From Candidatus Bathyarchaeota archaeon (GTDB taxonomy: Archaea; Thermoproteota; Bathyarchaeia; Bathyarchaeales; Bathyarchaeaceae), in assembly GCA_050115935.1 (NCBI GenBank), contig JASFPO010000002.1, forward strand, positions 1 through 45,263: 45,263 nt of DNA. The letters are read 5' to 3'. The notes beneath the pieces were generated by a model. It saw nothing but the letters and a program-made list of their open reading frames with translations. It made no database searches and had not been told where the DNA came from. A program made the position numbers and the translations under genes. Shown in pieces: positions 35,569-44,951 of the stretch. Each line of letters starts with the position of its first letter. The first letter of the stretch is position 1.

Positions 35569-36795
35569 ATGTCAGAAATACTGACCATGGAAAAATTCGA
35601 ATTAAAAGACAAGACAGTTCTGGTTAGGGTAGATTTTAACTCTCCAGTTGATCCACAAACAAAAAGGGTTTTGGACGACACAAGAATCCGAGCCCACGCA
35701 GAAACAACAATTAGAGAGTTGATGGAAAAAGGCGCGAAAGTCGTAATTCTGGCTCATCAAGGCAGACAGGGTGAACCTGACTTCATTCCATTGCAACAAC
35801 ATGCGGAAATTCTAGGCAAAATTCTCGGCAAACCCGTGAAATATGTGAATGATGTGTTCGGTGAAAAAGCGCAACAAGCCATACAAGAACTCAACGAAGG
35901 TGAAATCTTAGTTTTGGACAATGTTCGCAGCTACGTTAACGAGCGAAAAAAGGGAACTCCTGAAGACCATGTCAAAACAGAGTTTGTTCAGAAGCTTGCT
36001 CCTCTGGCTGACATCTTCGTCAATGATGCCTTCGCTGCAGCTCATCGGGCGCATGTTTCAATCGTTGGCTTCACGGCCGTTTTACCGAGCGCTGCAGGTC
36101 GCATAATGGAGAGAGAACTCAAAGCTTTAGGAAAAGTCTTGCATGCACCCGAAAAGCCATGTGTCTATATTTTGGGTGGAGCCAAGGCAGATGATGCACT
36201 GAGAATCTCAGAATACGTTTTAAAGAACAACATAGCAGACCACATATTAACTGGAGGCATCGCAGGCCACCTTTTCTTAGTTGCAAAGGGTATTGACCTA
36301 GGAAAGCCTAACATGGGGCTATTAGAAAAGAAGGAACTGATGGGCTTGGTGCCAGGCATACAAGAGTTGATGAAAGAATTCCCAGGTAAGATTGAGCCTC
36401 CAACTGATCTCGCAGTGGAGGCTGATGGAAAGCGGAAGGAGATTGCAGCTGAGAAACTTCCAACAGATCATCCCATCTATGACATAGGAACCCAGACAAT
36501 ACAAGAGTATGCCAGAATAATAGGAAACGCCAGATCCATTGTGATCAGCGGACCTGTAGGTGTATATGAAAACAAAGAATTCCTTGCAGGCACAAAGGGA
36601 GTTCTAGAAGCAATTGCTGCTTCTAAGGCGTTCTCCTTGATTGGCGGAGGCCACACAGTAGCGGCTGTTGAAGGATTAGGACTGGCAAACAGAATGGGCT
36701 ACATCAGCACGGCTGGAGGCGCCCTAATAGAGTTTCTAATGGGCGAAGAACTACCTGGTGTCGCCGCATTGAAAAAAGCAGCAGCTAGAACCTGA
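35569..36795 (+). CDS. pgk: Phosphoglycerate kinase (archaeal-type sequence)
   Basis: 408 aa with VLVRVDFNSPV, DDTRIRA and a C-terminal GGGHTV...STAGGA. An SD AGGAGG lies upstream. Confidence 0.9.
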   Translation: MSEILTMEKFELKDKTVLVRVDFNSPVDPQTKRVLDDTRIRAHAETTIRELMEKGAKVVILAHQGRQGEPDFIPLQQHAEILGKILGKPVKYVNDVFGEKAQQAIQELNEGEILVLDNVRSYVNERKKGTPEDHVKTEFVQKLAPLADIFVNDAFAAAHRAHVSIVGFTAVLPSAAGRIMERELKALGKVLHAPEKPCVYILGGAKADDALRISEYVLKNNIADHILTGGIAGHLFLVAKGIDLGKPNMGLLEKKELMGLVPGIQELMKEFPGKIEPPTDLAVEADGKRKEIAAEKLPTDHPIYDIGTQTIQEYARIIGNARSIVISGPVGVYENKEFLAGTKGVLEAIAASKAFSLIGGGHTVAAVEGLGLANRMGYISTAGGALIEFLMGEELPGVAALKKAAART

Positions 36796-37089
36796 GAATT
36801 CCCATTTTCAACATTTTTAAGATTATATCCTCCGTTCTCTTGAACATGTAGAATGAGACCATATGATTGCTTTCAACGCGGTGAAGCTGACTTTCCAGCA
36901 ACTTGCCCAACGACAATCCAACAAATGAATCTTTATTAGGAGCCGCAGTAACACTTATATCGGCAAACTATGCCTTGAATTAAAATTGGCGATAAATATG
37001 ACGCCATAAAACGCTCCATCTGAAATGCAATCCTTGACGTCAAAGTCAAAGGATGAAGGGTGGAGTGAGCCTTTCTCGCTCGCAATGAA

Positions 37090-37142
37090 CACCATGCAGA
37101 GTCCAACCGCATTAACAGACATTAGACTGACTCCTCAACGTC
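37090..37142 (+). other. 5' strand of the pre-23S rRNA processing stem
   Basis: 37090-37104 (caccatgcagagtcc) is complementary to 40289-40303 (ggactccgcatggtg) at 14 of 15 positions. 37131-37142 (ctcctcaacgtc) pairs with 40253-40256 plus 40261-40268 (gacg..ttgaggag). The two pairings are in nested order. Confidence 0.6.
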
Positions 37143-37167
37143 AAACAGATGTCAGTCTAAGTAAGTA

Positions 37168-40233
<3,066 letters not shown>

Positions 40234-40252
40234 TGAATTGGGCTGATGTCTG

Positions 40253-40303
40253 GACGATATTTGAGGAGCAGTTAAGGCGAAGCGAAAAGGACTCCGCATG
40301 GTG
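40253..40303 (+). other. 3' strand of the pre-23S rRNA processing stem
   Basis: See the complementary segments listed for 37090-37142. Confidence 0.6.
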
Positions 40304-40433
40304 AGCATAAAATCCCAAATACCACAAGTACCTATCATTTCTATATGTGATTACCGTAGGAAAAATCAGCCCAAAACGAAGCAGCATGCAAACTCCAAAA
40401 CGTTAATTGGGAACTTCATTGCTCCTTTTTCTT

Positions 40434-40748
40434 GGCTGGCGAGCTGGCGGACGGCTTTCGAACGCGTTTGCGTTTGAGGAAACTCCGCCCACCGAGCAGA
40501 TATCGCAACATCCGCAAGGGTGTAAGGTGAGAGCCTTGGCTCCAGTGCAGAAACGGAACGTCGTGTCCAGCGTATGTACGATGATGCGTGTTAAGTCGTT
40601 GAGGAGTTGGATGCGAAGCGGTGAAACGGCTGTCCTGCGAGGTGAAAGGGCAAATAGACGCCTGTGAAGGGTCTGCTTGAGGCGTGGGTAGCTCGTTTAG
40701 CTGAATGCCGTCTAGAACAGAAGGCGGGTTACAACCAGCACGCCAGCC
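40434..40748 (+). ncRNA. rnpB: RNase P RNA
   Basis: P1 pairs ggctggcg (40434-40441) with cgccagcc (40741-40748). The CR-I-like gaggaaactccgccc is at 40476-40490. Other conserved elements are agtgcagaaac, ggtgaaagggcaaatag (40641-40657), ctgcttgag (40673-40681), tagctgaatg (40698-40707) and the CR-V-like acagaaggcgggttac (40717-40732). P4 forms as 8 bp with the universal bulged U (40481-40489 with 40723-40730). Confidence 0.85.
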
Positions 40749-40820
40749 ACCCCAACTGTATGCCGACCAAACGGAAAGATACTGAACGTCTTATGGGAAC
40801 TGAAGAAAAAGGGAAAAGCA

Positions 40821-40952
40821 GATTCAACCATTTTGGGAGATCGTTGAGATTCTCAAGAACTATCCAAAGCAGTACAAGTCATCTAGAAAGCAAATCGAAC
40901 AAATGCTTCAGAACCTTAACCGACTAAAAGAGAGCATTTGAGATACGCGCGC
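40821..40952 (+). repeat. Repeat family A, copy 1 (degenerate copy of the 45-codon small ORF; no start codon) ending in TGAGATACGCGCGC
   Basis: It aligns base-for-base with 42718-42849 at about 82% identity over the part I counted, and its 3' half aligns with 44794-44854. Confidence 0.85.
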
Positions 40953-40955
40953 TTT

Positions 40956-41426
40956 CTACTTCGGAATTGTTATGATATGAAAACAGCGTTCTTTGCCCCA
41001 GATTCTGGACTCTGGAACTTCCATTTTGATGTTTGGATTGACACTTGCTGCAAGTCCCTCAAACCATCGCCACGAGTAGTTCTTGCATACGATTTGCCAA
41101 GGGCCATTCAAGATTCTTACTGCTTCCATCATGGGACAGAAGCCAGTGTTTTCACCTACCACTTTATTATCTTCAACGCGTGTTCCTCTAACTCCGCCGA
41201 TTTGTTCAAGAGCCACATTCATCACGATAGCTACTGCGCTAGCATCTGTTTTTGTAATGCCCATTTCTTGTTTGATTTTCTGTCCAGTGGACTTGCCAAG
41301 TTCGTAGAAGTATTTCTGGGCTACTTTAAGTGCGTCATCCCCGAACTCTTCATAGTTGGCCAACATATATCCAATAATGGTTGTTTGGAGTGACACAAGT
41401 CTCCTCTGCTCTTCGGATAAAGGCAT
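40956..41426 (-). CDS. Small Cys-containing protein, possibly ATC-hydrolase-like (PF14196-type) family
   Basis: The likely start is Met39 of the listed ORF (MPLSEEQRR...), giving 156 aa. The pattern ...GITKTDASAVAIVMN...GENTGFCPMMEA...CKNYSWRWFEGLAASVNPNIKMEVPESRIWGKERCFHII resembles that family. This is recalled from memory and not verified. Confidence 0.4.
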   Translation of the reverse strand: MPLSEEQRRLVSLQTTIIGYMLANYEEFGDDALKVAQKYFYELGKSTGQKIKQEMGITKTDASAVAIVMNVALEQIGGVRGTRVEDNKVVGENTGFCPMMEAVRILNGPWQIVCKNYSWRWFEGLAASVNPNIKMEVPESRIWGKERCFHIITIPK

Positions 41427-41568
41427 GCTCTGCAAAACCCCCTTAATGTAGTATTCAATATTTGAATAAAAGACTATGTACATGTATCGTTTAGCGCACG
41501 CAATCTCCTCTTTTTTTCTAAAGAACTGCACACTCGTCATGCGTGTGAGAAGTGATCTAGACAGCAGT

Positions 41569-42528
41569 TTATACCTTCATGACGAGCGCTTGGAATAGAA
41601 TATAAAGCAGTATAAGAACTGCTCCACCAGTTTTAGAGATTCCATCTCTCATAATGAAGCGCCAGAATATGACGGTTGATATTAGCAAGAATGGGAGGAT
41701 CTCGATGAAGATAGTCATGTCTACCTTGAAAGGAGAGGTCAAGAGTACCAGCCCGAGTACAAGGGTTAGGTTGGTGAGGTTAGACCCAATGATGTCTCCT
41801 AATGCAAGTTGTACGCGACCACGTTTGACTGCTGTAAGATCGAGTGTAAGTTCTGGCAGTGAGGTGCCTATGGCGACTATTTTCGCGCCTATCAGGATGG
41901 GTGGAACTCCTAAGGCTACTGCTATGTTTGAGGCGGAGTAAACTGTTAAGCGAGCGGATACTACTACGATCGTGAAGCTTAGCAAGAGCGTTGCGACCAC
42001 AACGCTTTTTTTTCCCATGCTCATTGCTTTGCCGTCATTCAACTTGACAGGTGGCGTTCTTTTTCGCGCCATAAAATATGTGTTTATCAGGAAGGTGCCA
42101 AGAAGGATTATGCCGATAAAGGGACTTGGAATATCGAAAATGTGGTATTGATTTATGACAAGAAGTAAGGGGATGAGGGCTGTTATAAAAAGCATGTCCG
42201 TGAGTTCCACGAGCAAGTCAGTGGAACAGGTTTTGAGGTATCCAATGATGCCCAAGATGCCGATAACCAACCCTATGTTGAACAGGTTGGAGCCTAGGAT
42301 GTCACCGATACTGATTGCAGGAGTTCCTTCGATAATTGAGAAAAGAGCGACGACTATTTCAGGGGTGGAGGTTAGCACTGCAAGGATTATGAACCCTGCC
42401 GATGCGTCGCTCAATCGGGTCATTTCAATGAGTTTTTCGATTGATCTTATGGCAAAATGGCTAGCCGACGCTAAACCGACTACTGAGGCAATCAGAATCA
42501 GTAATTGAACTAACGTGTCTTCTAGCAT
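41569..42528 (-). CDS. Na+/Ca2+ exchanger (CaCA/YrbG-type) membrane protein
   Basis: There are two alpha-repeat motifs: LTSTPEIVVAL..GDILGSNLFNIGLVIG and GTSLPELTLDL..GDIIGSNLTNLTLVLG. About 10 TM segments. The start is placed at ATG 42528 (MLEDTLVQ...) because the upstream part of the listed ORF runs through the promoter/GC-palindrome region. Confidence 0.8.
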   Translation of the reverse strand: MLEDTLVQLLILIASVVGLASASHFAIRSIEKLIEMTRLSDASAGFIILAVLTSTPEIVVALFSIIEGTPAISIGDILGSNLFNIGLVIGILGIIGYLKTCSTDLLVELTDMLFITALIPLLLVINQYHIFDIPSPFIGIILLGTFLINTYFMARKRTPPVKLNDGKAMSMGKKSVVVATLLLSFTIVVVSARLTVYSASNIAVALGVPPILIGAKIVAIGTSLPELTLDLTAVKRGRVQLALGDIIGSNLTNLTLVLGLVLLTSPFKVDMTIFIEILPFLLISTVIFWRFIMRDGISKTGGAVLILLYILFQALVMKV

Positions 42529-42547
42529 ATTATTCAGACTTTCATAT

Positions 42548-42587
42548 GCGCGCGTTAAATATACTTTGCGTAGCGCGTACGCGCGCG
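42548..42587. promoter_or_regulatory. TATA-like box (ttaaatata, 42555-42563) sandwiched between (CG)n palindromes
   Basis: The sequence reads gcgcgcg-ttaaatata-ctttgcgtagcgcgtacgcgcgcg. The TATA centre lies about 31 nt upstream of the CaCA ATG (42528) on the minus strand. gcgta-gcgcg-tacgc is an inverted repeat. Confidence 0.45.
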
Positions 42588-42700
42588 AAAGTGTCACGAA
42601 CTCCAGCTCCCCTTCTGCATTTACGCACACTATAGACCATGAAATTATCCCATGATTCAAAAAGGTCGCTTAAGATCCTGCAACTATCTTATTAGTTCAA

Positions 42701-42838
42701 ATGCAGACAAAGACATCTGTTCAAGAATTTCGGAAAACCGTTGAGACTCTCAAGAAATATCCAAAACAGCACAATTCATTCAAGAAACAAATTGAACAAA
42801 TGTTTGAGAATCTTAGCAGGCTAAAAGAAAGCATTTGA
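42701..42838 (+). CDS. 45-aa small ORF (intact member of repeat family A)
   Basis: MQTKTSVQEFRKTVETLKKYPKQHNSFKKQIEQMFENLSRLKESI, running from ATG to TGA. It is below the ORF-track size cut-off. Differences from copy 1 include several synonymous changes, among them agg vs cga for Arg. Confidence 0.5.
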   Translation: MQTKTSVQEFRKTVETLKKYPKQHNSFKKQIEQMFENLSRLKESI

Positions 42839-42849
42839 GACGCGCGCGC
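42718..42849 (+). repeat. Repeat family A, copy 2, ending in TGAGACGCGCGCGC
   Basis: Direct repeat of 40821-40952 and, over its 3' half, of 44794-44854. Confidence 0.85.
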
Positions 42850-42943
42850 AATGAAGATTCCCAAAGTCAATAGAGCTTTTCGTCTTAAATCTTTAATGCA
42901 ACCTGTAGTTTAGATAATGTGTGAAATGGAATGAGAAAAGAGA

Positions 42944-43462
42944 GTGAGTGAAGCGTTGAAGATTCATTTCTTCATCTTGATATCTATTGCATGCATTCTA
43001 TTTGCTGGCTTGAACGCGGCGCCTCTAGTGAATGCTCAGCCCACACCCACATCACTTGCCATCGCTGTTCCTTCTCCACCACAAGGGATACCATTCTCGA
43101 CTAAATGCACAATAGAGGCGACCCTAAGAGACGAGAATGATAATCCACTACAAAACCTTACTATAGACTTTCTGTATGCATGCGATGACCATACACATCT
43201 GTTGTGGAGAGCAAAGACTGATTCAAACGGTGTAGCTTCTCTAAGATATACATTTCCAAGAAATGAAACATGGAGAATTAGTGCAATGTTTAAGGGAACC
43301 ACAAACTATGCTCAGTCAAGCAGCGAAGAAGTACTTATTATAATCATGGACTACACTCCGTATGTTGTTGGAGGACTACTCGCAGCAACAGTAATTGCTA
43401 GTGTTATAGCATACATCGTCCTTCGCAGAAGAGAGAAAACAATGCCCCCTCTTTTTCTATAG
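42944..43462 (+). CDS. Secreted/surface-anchored protein with Ig-like (carboxypeptidase-regulatory-like) domain and C-terminal TM anchor
   Basis: 172 aa. It has an N-terminal signal-like segment (FFILISIACILFAGLNAAPLVNA), a beta-rich middle with TDSNGVASL, and a C-terminal hydrophobic helix followed by RRREK. GTG start. Confidence 0.5.
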   Translation: MSEALKIHFFILISIACILFAGLNAAPLVNAQPTPTSLAIAVPSPPQGIPFSTKCTIEATLRDENDNPLQNLTIDFLYACDDHTHLLWRAKTDSNGVASLRYTFPRNETWRISAMFKGTTNYAQSSSEEVLIIIMDYTPYVVGGLLAATVIASVIAYIVLRRREKTMPPLFL

Positions 43463-43547
43463 TTTCTCCCACAAGTCATAAAAACTGAAACTGAAGACAC
43501 TTGATAGGAGGTTAGAGGTTTGGAATCTAAGAAGAATGCCTCTCGAA

Positions 43548-43626
43548 GCGCGCGCAAAGATAGTTATGAAGAAAATCTATTCTCTCACCGCTTCGCTCTC
43601 GGCTTCCCAGCCTCGTTCGCGCGCGC
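43548..43626 (+). repeat. Repeat family B, copy 1 (GCGCGCGC - 50-nt core - variable - CGCGCGCGC)
   Basis: The core 43548-43605 matches 44222-44278 with one 1-nt indel and one substitution. The indel breaks any common reading frame. Confidence 0.85.
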
Positions 43627-43703
43627 ACTGCTTGGATGAGGTGCCACAAGAATCATTCAGAACTGGAAAGAGCTTTAAGTCAAGACTATGCGTGTGTAAG
43701 ACT

Positions 43704-44207
43704 ATGAGATACTTGAGAGATTTGGATTTTTGGACTGCCTGCATCACAATTCTTGTGACTGTCTTCCTCATGGTTGCCACCTATCTTCGCTGGTTTCAAC
43801 TGAACTTCTTTGTTGGTTCATTCCGCTTCACTCATTGGCTTGTTTGGATAGGTACCATTTATGTTGCATTTGCTACACCAGCATATTATGTTCTGAAACG
43901 CCGTTACCTGAAAAAGCTTGCAACGTTTATCAGAATTCATATGTTGGGCAACTTGTTTGCCTTTTTGCTCGTATCAATTCACTTTGCCCAGCAGATTGGC
44001 AGACCGCCCCAATTCTATCCAGATCTAGGAACGGGATTGGCACTATACATTGTCATGTTCATATTGGTGGGATCGGGTTTTCTTCATAGATTCCGAATAA
44101 TAAGGAGTGTTCGACCTCACCTTAACAGATTCCTGCATGTAAGTATAACTATGTCATTCTATCTTATCATCATAGTTCACACATTACAGGGCTTGGGGCT
44201 TCTATAG
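43704..44207 (+). CDS. Polytopic membrane protein with conserved-looking His residues in TM helices (possible b-type haem or metal binding)
   Basis: 167 aa from ATG 43704 (MRYLRDLDFW...) with about 5 TM segments. His residues occur in FTHWLVW, RIHMLGN, SIHFAQQ, FLHRF and IVHTL. The listed upstream extension (43536-43703) runs through repeat B1 and was discarded. Confidence 0.5.
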   Translation: MRYLRDLDFWTACITILVTVFLMVATYLRWFQLNFFVGSFRFTHWLVWIGTIYVAFATPAYYVLKRRYLKKLATFIRIHMLGNLFAFLLVSIHFAQQIGRPPQFYPDLGTGLALYIVMFILVGSGFLHRFRIIRSVRPHLNRFLHVSITMSFYLIIIVHTLQGLGLL

Positions 44208-44221
44208 CATCGAAGCCACTT

Positions 44222-44293
44222 GCGCGCGCAAAGATAGTTATGAAAAAATTTATTCTCTCACCGCTTCGCTCTCGGCTTGAGATACGCGCACGC
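44222..44293 (+). repeat. Repeat family B, copy 2 (tail TTGAGATACGCGCACGC resembles the family A terminus)
   Basis: Direct repeat of 43548-43626, located between two convergent genes. Confidence 0.85.
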
Positions 44294-44317
44294 ACTCTTC
44301 ATTCAAAATGTAGGCGA

Positions 44318-44746
44318 TCACGCGCTGCTTATCTCTTTAAGGTCATTAGCAAATGCCTTCGCATTTTCCAAGTCCTCCTCATTTGGATTGCTCCAATTGA
44401 AAAAGAGGAACCGTCCGCGGCACTTGAAGCTGGAAACGACAATGTATCCTTTTGCTTCCAGAGCTCCTTTAAGGACGTAGATAACTTTGGGGTCAGGCCC
44501 CCCGGCAGTGGCGAAAACGGCTGCTTTATTCTTGCTGCTTGGCTGCAGTCCATCTAGAAAGCTTTGAAGTGTTTTGTGAAGCTTGCCGACGTATTGACCG
44601 CTACCGACTATGAGTAGCTCCACTCCTGAAACATCAGGAGTCTCTCTTTCTACATCAACCGCCTCGCATCCAAGTTGCTGGGCGATTGCCTCGGCCACCT
44701 TTCTCGTCTTTCCGCCTCTTGAGTAGTAAACGACCAAGGATTTCAT
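44318..44746 (-). CDS. Flavodoxin-like protein
   Basis: 142 aa. The N-terminal MKSLVVYYSRGGKTRKVAEAIA FMN-phosphate-binding-type loop and the alpha/beta length are typical of short flavodoxin-family proteins. Confidence 0.7.
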   Translation of the reverse strand: MKSLVVYYSRGGKTRKVAEAIAQQLGCEAVDVERETPDVSGVELLIVGSGQYVGKLHKTLQSFLDGLQPSSKNKAAVFATAGGPDPKVIYVLKGALEAKGYIVVSSFKCRGRFLFFNWSNPNEEDLENAKAFANDLKEISSA

Positions 44747-44785
44747 GATTTGAATCCAACAGACTCGAAAGTATTAAATGTTTAG

Positions 44786-44854
44786 GGCGCGCGCAAATTG
44801 AACAAATGTCTAAGAACCTCAGCCGACTAAAAGAAAGCATTTGAGATGCGCGCG
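44786..44854 (+). repeat. Repeat family A, copy 3 (3' half only) bounded on both sides by (GC)n: GCGCGCGC-...-TGAGATGCGCGCG
   Basis: 44794-44844 would encode QIEQMSKNLSRLKESI plus stop. The copy is truncated exactly at a GCGCGCGC tract. Confidence 0.85.
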
Positions 44855-44951
44855 AGAGATATTCGTTTTTCTCGATCGTGCATTTGTAAATATTTTTTAA
44901 CTAACTACCCAACCTGTGAATATACAATTAAAACCTAGAGGAGTTCAAGAA

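Noticed and set aside
40407-40927. ORFs 40407..40667 and 40664..40927 (86 and 87 aa)
   Set aside because: The first is a translation of the RNase P RNA. The second runs out of rnpB into repeat A1, in a frame different from the one conserved among the A copies.
43536-44557. The N-terminal extension of the membrane protein (43536-43703) and the 105-aa ORF 44240..44557, both starting at the ATG inside repeat B
   Set aside because: The two B copies differ by a 1-nt indel right after that ATG, so no common peptide is encoded. The second ORF also lies antisense to the flavodoxin gene.
40821-44854. A classical integron (attC-bounded cassettes) as the explanation for the repeat-partitioned region
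   Set aside because: The repeats are direct, not imperfect inverted R''-L''/L'-R' structures, and I see no GTTRRRY core. Gene orientations are mixed, some units hold two or three genes, and no intI-like gene is in the window. Only the looser term 'cassette-like' is used.
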